Positions 37,618-51,190 of a stretch of DNA of 64,000 nt are shown here, in pieces (within the stretch, counting starts at the first letter, position 1; each line of letters starts with the position of its first letter). The position numbers and the translations under genes are program-made. A model generated the notes under the pieces. That model was not told the DNA's origin and did no database searches. It saw only the letters and a list, made by a program, of their open reading frames with translations. The DNA is from the human T2T-CHM13v2.0 reference genome, Homo sapiens: the NCBI RefSeq assembly GCF_009914755.1, contig NC_060930.1. The stretch is one strand, 5' to 3'.

Positions 37618-40319
37618 GTAAACTATTTTGAATTGAGTTTTTGATGCCTAAAGCATTCATCTATCATCTGTCTGTCTGTTGTCTATTTATTCTTACCTAT
37701 TTATCAACTTTACATGTATTTAATTTAACACACATTAAAGTTGAATGATTCTGGTCACTCCCTCTGCAGTTGCTTGTGTTTCTACTTCTTCTGCTTTATC
37801 TGGCCAGTTATTGCTCCTTACCACTTACCACTTACCAGTTTCCAATATCTGTTGACTTCTCTAGCTGGTCGTCATTTCCTTTCCCTTTTGCTTCGTCTTT
37901 TAGGATTTATGCCTTAGAAAAAAATTTTTTCTGTAATTTCAATGGGATTTCAGGTTGAAACAAATATAAGTGAATTGTTCAGTCTTCCATGTTTTATCCA
38001 GAGGCTGATAATCTCTTTCCTAACATATTTTTAACTTAATCATATAATAGGAACATTTTCCCATGTTGTTAAATATCCTTGATCATTACACATTTTAAAA
38101 GCTACATACTATTTCACTTTATGGGAGGTTATTAGTGCAATTTCTGATGGCCAGTTCAATCCATAAAAGATTTCTGTATATTCCTCAGATTCCTTATCTT
38201 TTATTTTCACTACGTATTATACATTATATATCTGCATTGTACAAAGCAGACTTGTTCTTCTTCCTTTCCTTCCACATAAATCAGCTTTGTTATATCATTG
38301 ACAAGATCATCTAAGAGATAGGAATGCAATAAGGACACAAATATGGAGGTTTTCTTATTTTGGCTTTGTTCCTTTGAGTGTCATATCCCACCACTTTTGT
38401 GCAGCTAAAGCTATCACAATCCTGATCCCCAGCTGCCCTCAGCTCTCCCAAGGTGAAAGCTGATAAAATCCAAGAGGCAGTGAGGGACCAAAGGAAAACA
38501 TGAACACAAAGGACATATACCATCTAACAAAAAGACCTCTCATAACTAGTAGACCCTTTCTTATCCAGGTGAGAAGAAATAATAAAAGCTCCTTATCAGT
38601 CAACTTGATCTGGAGTGGAAAGAATGAATGTAGTCTTTGAAACAGCTTAATAAAGTAGAATGGACTCGGTGGGAACATTTTAGACATAGCTTACATTCTA
38701 CTCTTAACCTTTCAGGACACAGTCACTGCCCTCTGTCAATTACTGCCATCTCTTTACTGACAAGCCTGATGGGTTATAAGTCCAAGAATCTTCCAGATGC
38801 ATGACAAAAAAATAAATCTCTAACACTGGTGTGGTACTTCTGGTGGCAGAAACTTAGGGTCAGAAATGGAGGAAACCATTGTAGGGAAAAAACAAGCATA
38901 AGAACTACTGTCTATCAAACAAATTTGTCATTGTGTTTATTCTTGTATAGAATATATATAAGAGTGTTTTCCTTTTTTAAAGGTAATTTTAAATGGGTCT
39001 TCATGAAAGCTAAGAGAGTTTGATTTCTTCTGTCTCTCTATTTCCATATCTTATTTTCAGATAAATCTTCTGATGGATTCCCACCTGAACCTGATCCTAA
39101 TTCCAGAAACACAAAGCCTGGATTCTTTGTGTTCACTACATTTATTCTGTCTTTCCATGAGCTAAGGCTGTAAATCCCACAGTGAAGCATGCATAAACAC
39201 CAACTAGACGGGATTAGACCACACTATTTAGTTAATCTCAGTTTACAAAAGCTCTTCTTTCTTTGTCTGAAAGGCTGCCACAGAAATCCAGCAAACGTGA
39301 GAATGTCTTGCACTATGGGTAGTGAGAGGGTAAAAATAACTGCTTGCCTTCATGAGCCCTCTCTCTCTTTGAGAAACTCTATGTATATTTTCAGGGTGAA
39401 GGATTTCTACTGTAAATGCTTCAAATCATCATCATGGGGGAGAAGAGCACAGCAGTATTTCCTTCCAAAATGTAAGCAGCACAACCTTCCAAGAACCTTG
39501 ATGTGTAGTTAAAACGACCATGAAGGGAGCCTCCCCTGATCTCTGTCCTCCAATTTATTGCTCTCTCTCATGTTTGAAAGGTTTGTTTTGGATCCAGTGA
39601 CAATAATACTGGTAGGACTATAACTAAAGTACTTTGAGTCCTAGGAGGAGGAACAAAGAATGTTTTTCTATAATATGTTAACATAACTGGACATCCATTA
39701 AATAATTGGTGTGTAGCTGGAAGTAAAAATGGCTTAAACAGAGAAAAGTTTCTATAACAGCTGTGAACACAAAGCCAACAAAGGACTTGAGGGACAAACA
39801 CTTCTAATATGCTCGCAGAATCACCTGATGTCATGAGCACCTGCTTTATACAAAAACCACTGTGGCAGAAGCATCTATGTGTATACTTAGGGTAACAAAC
39901 ATTCCATTTCAATTTTGAATTTAAATAAAAGATGCTCTAGTCTGTTTTTTTCTTCCAATCTCAGGCTCAGGCTCTGCAGACATCTCTTTGAATCTCCCAA
40001 AAGATCATGTTTGCTTTGGTCGAAGATTAGATATTCACCCCAGTGTTCACATACTTTGTCCTCCCAAGCTGGAACAACTTGAGCTTTCAGAGTCCAAATG
40101 TGTTAGACTCATCCAGGGCTCTTGAAGTCAGTATTCAAATGCTAGCACTATAAATTATAGAATTTAGTTTGTCACAAATTAAAACTTTATTTCAGTGAAA
40201 ACAGTGACTGTCACTTGTATATATTTGGTCACTGTAAATCTGCTGTAAACCAAAAGAGAAACTAAAACTAGCAAAGGGTGGTGATGGTGGCAGCGGTAGT
40301 GGCAGAGGGACATGCTAAT

Positions 40320-40960
40320 GTATGTCTTGAAGTCTGTTTTCCTAGAATCCCAAGCTACATTGGTTGGTAATAAATAATGTGGTTAAAGAAGGCAGATTCT
40401 AAGATAGAATTTTGGACCTGGATCACCTGTAGCCTGCCTAGCAATGAAGACCTCATCAGTGGTGATAGATGGAGAACAGATACACCTTGGAACCAGGTAG
40501 TGATCTAACTTAACATTTTTCACTAATGTTACGCTAAGATGGAATACTAATGAAATGCAATGCACTGATGGGTAACATGTATAAGGTGGTTGAGAAACAA
40601 TATAGGGTGTCCAGAGATAAGAGCAATCAGCTAAGGGAGGAATGGGACTAGATAATGAAGAAGCTGCAGGGCCTAACCAACTTGTAAGGGCAGGGGTCAT
40701 GAGAGTATAAATGGGACAGAATTCTGAAGGTGCTAGATTCAGAAAACAGAGAAGAACAGAAAGTTAGACAAGAAAGAGTTTATCAAGTTGGAAATACTCT
40801 CCCAGTGGAGGATTTTACATCCTGACAAAGATCCTCGAAGATATCCAAAACAGGTTTTGAGGATGGCTCCTGGAAGCTTGAAGAAAGCAATGGCCACATC
40901 AAATGAAGTAGGAAAGATACATTGGGTGCAAGGCTATCATTACCATAACATTCTCTGGCC
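40320..40960 (+). mobile_element. ERVL (ERV3-16A3/HERV16-like) LTR end, leader and gag remnant
   Basis: Decayed coding for ERVL gag motifs (K.LQ.L.N.Y...EY.WD.IL.VLD; LDK.EFI..G.LS; GWLLEA(W)KK.WP) at ~40655-40915, e.g. GGATGGCTCCTGGAAGCTTGAAGAAAGCAATGGCC. Confidence 0.7.
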
Positions 40961-41120
40961 TTAGCATTTACCTACTTCTCATCTAGAAAATGCCACCGTT
41001 ATTTTAAAATACAAAGTCAGAAGTTAAAAATAACTCAATATCTTAATCTCTGGAGTTTATACCTAGTTATGAATTCACTGCTAAGCAACGTGTGATAAAA
41101 TACTAGTCTTTAGTGTTTAA

Positions 41121-41447
<327 letters not shown>

Positions 41448-43714
41448 CCGACATGCATTTATAAATAAAGGCTGACTCATCATTGGCCTGTCCTGATTTC
41501 TCTGACTAGGAGAAGTAGTTCTTTCTATGGAGGCAATGATTTTTAGATAAGGGTGCAAATATTTTTGAAGCATTTAGAATAGGGGGTGTTTAGACAAAGG
41601 CTGTGCAGATCTGTCTGCTAACATGGCTTTAAATGCAAATTTGAGTGACAATCCAAAGCGTACTCCCTGCCAATATCATATTCCATATGAAATCTTGGCA
41701 TCTTTAACAAATGATATGTTTATTGATTCAGTCTCCTTGGTTACTGCATGGTCCATGGAGAAGTGCTTTGATGTATCTGGAATAGCCATGATAGTGCTTC
41801 GGAAACAGTTTTGAATATTGGCCATTGATTTTAAACAATAAATGTTACATTTGAAATTTGTTTCTGCTCATAGAAAGAAAATCCAAATAGAAAAAAAATT
41901 GACACAGATTTAATTCTACATCACTCTTTGGACAAATTGCTTTCCTTAGATAGAACAAAGGTGTGAAAGTTGGCAGTTATATGGAACACAATCTTTCATT
42001 TGTATATCCTGCATGCTGCCTGTTTTATCCTACATACTCCATATGGGACCATTGCCTTCCAAGAACTGGACAGCATTTCCACAGATGTCCCTCCTGTGGA
42101 TTGATCCGGATCCTATCAATTACACAATGGACACATTAAATTATAGAATAAGCCTGCTGTCCTGTTTTTGTGCAAATGATATTTCACAGAGCCCTCTATC
42201 CTTCTCCACTCATCCACTTCTTCAGGCATTTGACATTGATGGTTTATATCTTGGTTCTGCTCTTCTTATTCCTTTTTTTCTTTTCTGCTCTTCTCCTATA
42301 TTTTTTCCTTACATTCTCTCTTTATTTTTATTTTCCTCTAAATTATTTGTCTACTCCTTCATTCTCCTCATTTTCTCTAATATTTATTTTTCACCTGACT
42401 CAATTACTTCTTTTTGGCCTCTGATCATTAAAATCCAATTCAGAGTACTTTTATATTCTTCATTGAATTGTGTGGAATGTATCTGTGGAAACTGCTAGCC
42501 TGTTCAATGGTGCGTTATTCTACTGTATTAAATTATAATTATGACTGCTTCACGTTCCCCTGCACCATTAATTTAATACCATATATGTCTAGTCTTACTT
42601 ATTTTTATGTTTGTATTCTCCAGAGTCCACCACGGAGAAGATGCCCTATACGTGTATGTAAAATGCTGAATTAAATAACATTGTTTAACCATTTTGCCAG
42701 CCACAGAAATAAACTAACTTAAACTCATATGTAGCCCTGGTACATAATGCAGTGTCTGGTATATAGTAGGTGCTCAATAAAGGTCTGTTTAATAATAATA
42801 ATAAATGTCTGATGGATAAAGTAAAGATAAGCATTATATACAAAGCCTGGCTTAACATATTGTTGCCAACATAAACATATTTTCTGTGTTTCTTAGGTTG
42901 ATGTACCCATATTTTGGAGCAAACTGGTTTACTTGTAAAGATTATTAAGAACTCAATGGGTTAGTCAGAATTTCATCCAGTTTCTAAGGCTTGCATGTGC
43001 CTCACAAATATTTTAAGTCAACATGTCTTCTGACTACCTATCTGCCTTTCTTTCTACTTCTTTTCCCCCTGTAGCTAAGACCACAAAAAGCTTTGGCTTG
43101 CAGAAAATATACATTTCCATAGAAACCAAACCAAAAGCAATAGAAAAGGGAGAGATTGAATATAAAATGTCTTTTGGTTGCCAAATTTCAGCCCATCGCC
43201 TGATTTCTTTTAGTTTTGTGTTGATTTCTTTAATTCAATGTTAACAGCTAGACCAAGGCTTTTCAAATTAAAAAAAAACTTTAAAAATTAAAGTTTATAT
43301 GTTGGCTGAGTTAAAACAGATAGTTATAAACATGCACAAACTTGAAGAATTTGGAAAAATAACCTTCATGAATGAGGTTTTTGTTTCAATGTGATTTCTA
43401 TGGGGGCGTCATCTTTGCTGGGTTAAGCAAAGACGGTGTTTGCTGTAAATTTAAACTGTTCTCTGACAGCTGATGACCTCATTCATTTATAGAATTAGGA
43501 TGATTTTTTTTCCCTTTTATATGAAGTGTAAGGAAAGTGTGGTTGGATATAGATAGTGGGAAGTAACAAATGGTTACATCAGCAGTTGCATAAAGGGTGT
43601 TTCTTGCTCTTCAGCAAAGTATGAATTTCTGAGAAATAAAGCAGTAGGTCTGACAACTGGCTGTGGCTTACCAAGTAATCATGGCAGGTAGCTTGTGAGT
43701 GAGCATGAGACTAG

Positions 43715-43893
43715 CACCACTTTCTGTACCTGGGAGCTGTGTGGTCGCACAGGGCCCTGAGCTCAGAAGGCCCCATGTTTTGTTTAATGCTCTGCTGTTG
43801 CTGTCTTGACAGTCTCAGTAATTTTTGAACAATTTAATCTTTTCACATTTTCATTTTGCAGTGAGCCCTGCAAATTACTCAGCTGGTCTACTG
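43715..43893. mobile_element. MER91A-like hAT-Tip100 element
   Basis: GTCGCACAGGGCCC..GCTCAGAAGG ... TTTAATGCTCTGCTGTTGCTGTCTTGA ... CATTTTCATTTTGCA..GAGCCCTGCAAATTA. Confidence 0.75.
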
Positions 43894-44509
43894 CATGGGA
43901 CTTATCTTTCATAACATTTTCAAAGTTGGAAGAGACCACTTAGATTTTTTTCCAACCACTTAAAAAGTAGAAGACAGATTCAAAACACTGAGCAGAAATA
44001 TCAGTAAATTTGTACCCTTCCATTTGAGATCCTCCAAATGTACCAGGAGTCTGTTTTATGACTTCAGCCTACCCTGGTCACCAGCAGATTGAGTGCAATA
44101 AATTTGGGGGCAGTGAAAAGCATTTTATATTGTGATAAGTAAAGATGACTTCAAAGCCAGCTTGTACTAGTGTATCTCAAAAGCCTTGAAATATGTATTT
44201 GTGTTAATTTAGCAATTCAGCCCCAGGACAAAGTATGCAAAGCTGTTACGTACAAGCATGTTTATTATAATGTTATTTGTGATAGTCAAAAATTGGAGAT
44301 AATCTAAATGTGATTAGTTAAATAAATTATAATCTACTTGATGGCATATCAGGCAGCCATTAAAATGACATTTTAGGTGTGTACTACTACATATTAAAAA
44401 TAATATTAGAATATTCTGTGTATAGAATGATTCATTAAAAAATCTATGCATAAATAAAAATTTACAAAGCTGTCCAACACAATGTAGTTATCTCTGGGAG
44501 GTGGGATCA

Positions 44510-44515
<6 letters not shown>

Positions 44516-44554
<39 letters not shown>
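44516..44554. repeat. (TG)~19 microsatellite
   Basis: Directly visible. Confidence 0.98.
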
Positions 44555-44556
<2 letters not shown>

Positions 44557-45820
44557 TAATGTGTTCTGTTTTCAATAATGACTTTGTAGGGCAATTATAC
44601 CAGTTAAGAACAACCAACTAACCAGGCAAAAAACAACCAACCATTTGCAAGATTTGTTTCCATGTGCAAGAAAACTGTATTACAGCTTTTCATCATTTTT
44701 TAAATAAAACGATAGGCATTAAAGAAATAATTATAAGTTAAAAAGATTCAATGGGATGTTATTTTCTTCCCATTACAGATATTATAAGCATCTTCATTTT
44801 CTTCTGGACAGTCAACTATAATTTACTGTTCTTGGGCTTTCCTCTGAAACTTCTCCAGAAACTGTGGCAGGTGCAGAATGCATCACCTCAGCTGTTATTG
44901 TATATAGGTGTGAGAGAAGTGGCAAGGCCCCCATCTGTGAGCTACATTGCTTGCCAGTTTGATAAAAAGATTCAGGACCGGATTCTCTGCCGTTAGGCTA
45001 TGACTCTCTCACACCATGGAGGGAGAGAAGGTATTGTATATACTAGAATCCCTGTGTACTGCGTTCTTTCAATTCTTCCAACCACTATAGACTATCCTGA
45101 CAAGTCCGCTTAGCTCTGATTCTTGCTTCAGAGGGCAGCAGCAAGGTTGAAACTTATAAAATCAGCCTGTCTGTACTTATATGTATGTGTTCCCCTCTAT
45201 TAGGTCTTGATTCCATAGGTCAATTACAGTTTAATATGACAGACTGGCAAGAACCCAAACTTGTCTTGGGGTGGTGAGATTTCATTTCCTTGAGTGTTGA
45301 TGGAGGTGAATTACAGTTCTTTGTGTCTATCTGAGACTTCTGCCAACATTGTGCAGTACTATGTATTAACTAATGCACAAAATCATATATTAGAGCTTTG
45401 CCTACAGCAATAGCAACACTTGTTGAGCCAGGGATTAGTCAGCACATTGGGCAGAGCCAGTTGCCTAAACCTGTTGGCCTTTTGATAGAATCTTTATGAT
45501 TTGGGATTTGTTAATATTCATTACAAGATATTTACACCTAGGACCTTTTCCCTTTTTATGCAGCCTGTACAATACAGCCCTTTAAAAATATTTAGAGGCA
45601 TCAGAGAAAGTTTGGCAAATATTTGTTTGTAATGTAAAAATGTAGAAATTATTATAATCAGCAATACATTTTCAGGCTATTATATTCAGATCCCAGTTGA
45701 AATTTGAGCAGATGCACAAGTTTGAAAGAAGTGCATTTATAGGGAGAGGAGATGGAATAGGAAAATTCAATCACTTTTTATTTTCTTGCTCTCTAAAGAA
45801 GCAAAAAGAAAAAGAATTAA

Positions 45821-46124
<304 letters not shown>

Positions 46125-46494
46125 TTAAAAAGCATTTTAAAAGAAAAGAGAGCATGTTATTTTAAAGATGACTGTACATTAAGGAAATTAAGAAAAATTT
46201 ACCTTAACATAACTTTGATTTTAATTGTAGTCAATTAAATTGTGTTTTTATTTGGAAAACATCTATGTTCTTTCCTTGGGTGTAACAAAGTATTAATTGA
46301 AGACTCTCAGCATTTTTTTCTTGTGTATTCTTATCTCTCTTTCTGGCAAGAGGAGTTGAAGGAAAAATTGTGCCAGAAGATGGCAGTTATAGAGAACATC
46401 TAGCAGCTAGGGGTGGGAGAGGCAAAAAAAGATGGCGGAAACCTCAGACAAACACACAGACAACAAGCTCAAATATGCCTGCACATGTGAGAGG

Positions 46495-46537
<43 letters not shown>

Positions 46538-46553
46538 CGCGCACACACACACA
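46495..46553. repeat. Compound (CA)n-TGCGCG-(CA)n microsatellite
   Basis: Directly visible; unbroken purine/pyrimidine alternation. Confidence 0.97.
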
Positions 46554-46857
46554 GGAATATAGCTTTTCTATATTCCCCTATGACGATATAAAGATATGGC
46601 TGCCAAAGCTACTGCTGCCAATTTGTAGGAATGTCCTCATACTGTCTTAGTAATAATGGCCACTGTTTTTCTTTTTAGGATTTGTTTCTGTTTAGAACTC
46701 TGCTTTTCAAAATCTGCAGTCTAACTTCGAAAATGCTATTCTTGTTCTTTGTCAGCTTGGTCAAAGCCATTTCTTTATATTTACATTTAGTCCAGATTGC
46801 TTGACATAATAACCTAGGCTGCTTTTGAGTTGTTGCTTTCATAGACTTAATCTAGGA

Positions 46858-47050
46858 CAGTGCATCTCAAACTTTAATGTCTATGGGGATCTTGTCTTTG
46901 GTGTATCTCATTTTAACAAGATCTTAGGGATCTTGTTAAAAGATTCTGTTTTAGTAAGTTTGAGGTGGGGCCACAGATTCTGTATTTCTAACAAGTTCCC
47001 CGGTTATGTCAATCTTTGTCGGTCTATGGACCACACTTTGAGTAGCAAGG
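46858..47050. mobile_element. MER5A-like hAT element with an internal fold-back
   Basis: CAGTGCATCTCAAACTT ... ATTCTGTATTTCTAACAAGTTCCC ... GGACCACACTTTGAGTAGCAAGG. Confidence 0.85.
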
Positions 47051-47624
47051 GTTAGGTTGCTCCACTTTAGTTCACAGCACAAGCACTGTTTAGTTATCTA
47101 GTTAATGTTATTCTCTATATCTTTCAGCCTTGCAATACAATATAAAAACATTTAATACAAAAACACTTCATATGTTTGTTCACATCATTGGTGGAGATGC
47201 TAATTTTAGTCTGTCATGGGTTATTTATTGAGTGCTGCTAGTTCAGAACTCATAATAACTCATACAACTCTTTAAGCCTCCCTTGGATTTGGTCTCTGTG
47301 ATAAAGGATTGACTTCCTTCAAAACATACTTATCTTCTGGTTACTTTGTCAGTCAGAGAATATGTGATCATTAATCATTTCTTTAAGGGAAATTCACCTT
47401 AATTTAACATAACTGAATTAAACTGTTTTGCTTTGGAAAACACCTACACTCTTTTCTTGAATGCAACAAGGTGGGAATTTTTCCTTTGAATAAACAAAGT
47501 ATAAATTAAAGCAGTATCTTTTAGCCAAGTATCCTTGTTTCTATTTCTTTTTGGCAGAAGAAGTTTGAAGTCCTCATGCCACATAATTGAAAGTTAACTC
47601 TTACATTCATGATGTTTAATATCT

Positions 47625-48194
47625 CTAGTGGACATGATGTCATTATTTGTCCAGTATAGTTCCTTTTTCCTTTGGGAATTTATTCTCTCCACTTCGAATT
47701 GAATGATTCTGGTAGGGCTTTGTTTTGTGGTTCTTTGCCCAACATTCATAGGGCTCAAGACAAGACCAATCATATTGGCACATTCCCCAGTCTAAGATGA
47801 TTTAGTCCAGAGAAGGTTAAGTGACCCACCCTGAGACAGAGGTCTCCCAGGAATTGTTTTGTTTGGAGGTGAATATGAAGGGGTATTGTCCCTGGATCAT
47901 GGAGCTGGTAGAAGACAAATCAGGCAACAAGATGATATTGATTTTAGTGGGAGAGAATAAGACTACTGGAAGACCAACAGAGATGGGAGATGGGTAGGTG
48001 CAGAGAGAAGAGCAGGCAGAGAAGCATTGAGATACTAGTTTCACACCACAAAGATCTGGGTTGTCTTAATTCTCTTTGGCCTTTATTTCAAATATTTGAG
48101 TTTCCCAGCTCTTAGTAGCCAAAATGTCCCTTTTTGTAAAGCCAGTTTGAGTTGGTTGTCTACTGATTATAACTGAAAGAGGCCTATTAAATAT
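47625..48194 (+). mobile_element. MLT1K/L-like LTR
   Basis: TAGTGGACAT... start; end AAGCCAGTTTGAGTTGG ... ATAACTGAAAGAGGCCTATTAAATA. Confidence 0.6.
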
Positions 48195-49501
48195 CCAATG
48201 CACATTTCTTTAGAACAGTAAAATAGAGGGATGCCTCACTGAGGCTGCTATATCTCATGGCCACGCTGTAGTTAGGGTGTATAAAGTCAATTGCAAACAA
48301 GAACCAGAATTAATGAAGAACAACTGAAACATGTCTCTTTTTGCCAGCAAGTGCATTATGCATGTGACACCAAAAGGCTAAAAACATAAAATATAATAAT
48401 CATAGTTATTGTCACAACTTTGACTGAACATGAACATTCTCAAGACAAAATGCACAAAGTGAACTCAAGCTTAAAACTAAAGACATTGATTAAAGAAATA
48501 GAAAAATAAATCTGCCTGGCTCAAAAAGTAAATGAGGTCAGCCCATTTAAAACTGAACATTAGGAAAAGAAAAGCAGCTTAGACTAATTTTAATAGAAAC
48601 AAAGGATTGTTTGTGAGTAATGATTTACCCGCAAAGAAGAAAAAATATTAAACGTGCATTGAATAGCAATGAAAAATGCATCAGAACATTTATCTAGGGA
48701 TCTCAATCCTAACAGGAAGGTATCAGGAGGAAGCAGCCCATACTTGGGGGTAGATTTCTAAATCACCTGGAGTGGGAGACTGTTCAAACTACATGTGCTC
48801 CTCTTACTCTCTTTTTGGAGCTTCTCATATACGTTTCTAAAGGGGTATTTTTTCCTACCTCAAATCCTATTCTTAGGAGACAATCTCAGCAAGAGAATAG
48901 CAGTTATTGATATTAACTGCTGATGATGTTTAATATCTGTAGTGGACATGATGTCATTGTTTGCCCAGTATAGTTCCTCTTTCCTTTGAGTATTTATTCT
49001 TTCCACTTCCAATTGAGTTAAATAGGCTAGTAAAAATTGATTTAGACTCAGTAAAAGAGATGGCTCTTATTTAATAAAAAATTGAGTGATTTACGTGAAA
49101 ACCAAAACATATATAATGTAAATAAAGATAGGATGGCTCTATTATTTTTAGTTCACAAGAACCTCTATGACAAAAGGATAGATGAAAGGACTGAGAGGCA
49201 ATGGAAAGAAAATGAACAATACCTTGAAGATTATGTAATTTATGGGGTATGTTACATCCGTTATCTCATTAAATTCTCAAAATATTATGAATTCAATAGT
49301 CATATATATTTAACAGATAAAACGATTCATAGAAACAACTTTCTCAATCACATAGTTGTTGTGTAATGGAGGCTGGACTCCAATATATTATTGTTTGGTT
49401 CCAAAGGCAATGAACATTCCAGTCCTCCGTGGATGAACAACAAATAGCTATTGAGTGCCCACATACGCCTAAAGGCCTGGTAGGGGAAGACTAATATATA
49501 T

Positions 49502-49620
49502 AATTTACAACACAGTTCAAGTGTTTGAACAGAAATGGACACAATATGCTTGTAATAAAATAGAATTTACAACATAGTTTAAGCATTTTCAGCAGAGATG
49601 GAGACAATATGCTTGCCATA
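49502..49620 (+). repeat. Diverged ~62-bp tandem duplication
   Basis: AATTTACAACA(C/T)AGTT(C/T)AAG ... CAGA(A/G)ATGGA(C/G)ACAATATGCTTG at 49502 and 49564. Confidence 0.9.
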
Positions 49621-50034
49621 GTGTGGAACAGTGTTTTATACACTAATGTTTATGGCCTCTTGAATGAGTTATATATAGGAAATTATTGAGGGGAAGTCCT
49701 GGAGCACTAGAGAAAAAAGATCTTAAAGATGGTAATTTTCTGCAAAAAGCATCATAGCAAATTTTAATCTCATGGAACACACTTAAAGAAAAAAGCCAAT
49801 ACTGATTTCAGAGTCAGGAGATCACTGACTGGAACGACTTTGGCAAAGTCATTATGATTAGTGTCATCATTAATAAAACAAGGAGGCTTTACTAGGTCTT
49901 TTCTAACTTTTATTATATTTAGAAACTACAGAGTTATGAGTCTAAACTACTGATAAACTTCTCAGGCCATATTACATTTCTCTGTAAGGTTGCAAAGCCT
50001 GAAATAGATCAGTTATTCAAAATACTTTGGTGTA

Positions 50035-50372
50035 GGCCGGGCGCGGTGGCTCACTCCTGTAATCCCAGCATTTTGGGAGGCCGAGGTGGGTGGATCACAA
50101 GGTCAGGAGATCGAGACCATCCTGCCTAACACGGTGAAACCCCGTCTCTACTAAAAATACAAAAAAAAAAAAATAGCTGGGCATGGTGGCGGGCGCCTGT
50201 AGTCCCAGCTACTCGGGAGGCTGAGGCAGGAGAATGGCGTGAACTTGGGAGGCGGAGCTTGCAGTGAGCTGAGATCGCATGCCACCGCACTCCAGCCTGG
50301 GAGACAGCGGCGAGACTCCATCTCAAAAAAAGAAACAAAAACAAAACAACAACAACAACAAAAAAACAAAAA
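50035..50372 (+). mobile_element. AluY
   Basis: GAGATCGAGACCATCCTG, GGCGTGAAC, GGAGCTTGCAGTG; perfect 17-bp TSD CAAAATACTTTGGTGTA (50018-50034, 50373-50389); (CAA)n tail. Confidence 0.97.
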
Positions 50373-50577
50373 CAAAATACTTTGGTGTATTATAATTAAG
50401 CACATTAGGCTTTCAATTATGAAAACATTAAAAATAAGAGAGCTTCCACTTCTCTATATCAATCTCAGTCATCTCTGTCCCATTATTAAATACTGGAATG
50501 CTTCACAGTTGTTTTCTTAGGCTCTACGCTCTTCTCACTCTATACTTTCTCTCTAAGATACCTCACTTTGTGATGTG

Positions 50578-51190
50578 TGTGGTAAACAGAAGTCTAAGAT
50601 GGCCCCCATGATTACCATCCTGTGATGTACACATGCTGTGTATTTCTCTCTTTAGTGCAGATGGAACTTTTGAGTAGCAAAGATGGAAGGATTTTGCAGA
50701 TGTGACTTAGGTCCCTAGTAAGATGATTTTTTGTTAATCAAAAGGGAGATCATGCTGGTTGAGCCTGACCAGATCAAGTGGAGCCTTTAAAAGAGGGTCT
50801 TGAAATTCAAAATTAGAGAGATTCAAAGTGAGAGAGACAGGAAGCACTGTTGTTGACCTTGTAGAAGTAAATCGCTATGTTCTAAAGAGGGTCACAGGGC
50901 AGGAAATGGCAGGCAGCCTCCAGGAGCTGAGGGTCTCAGTCCTATGACCACAAAGAACTAAATTATTTCAACGACCAGTGAGTTTCAAAGAGAACCCTAA
51001 GTTGTAGATTAGATTGAAGTTCTGGCCAACACTTTGATTGCAGCTATGTAAAACCCTGAACAAAGAACTCAGTTTATCCCTGACTGGACTCCTGACCCAT
51101 GGAAATTGATACTTGATACAATAGATGGGTGTTGTTTTAAGTGGTTGAATTTGTGGTAATTTGTGATGCAGCAATAGGAAAATGAATACA
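50578..51190 (+). mobile_element. MLT1E-family solo LTR
   Basis: TGTGGTAAACAGAAGTCTAAGATGGCCCCCATGA ... TTAATCAAAAGGGAGAT ... TTTGTGGTAATTTGTGATGCAGCAATAGGAAAATGAATACA. Confidence 0.88.

Noticed and set aside
42013-42498. 161-aa hydrophobic ORF resembling a membrane protein (also 10633-11089, 54943-55431)
   Set aside because: Arises from T/C-rich low-complexity DNA or antisense L1; no recognisable domain or exon structure
48921-49018. TGATGA start suggestive of a box C/D snoRNA pair
   Set aside because: No terminal CTGA D box or closing stem; the block overlaps an MLT1-like LTR start
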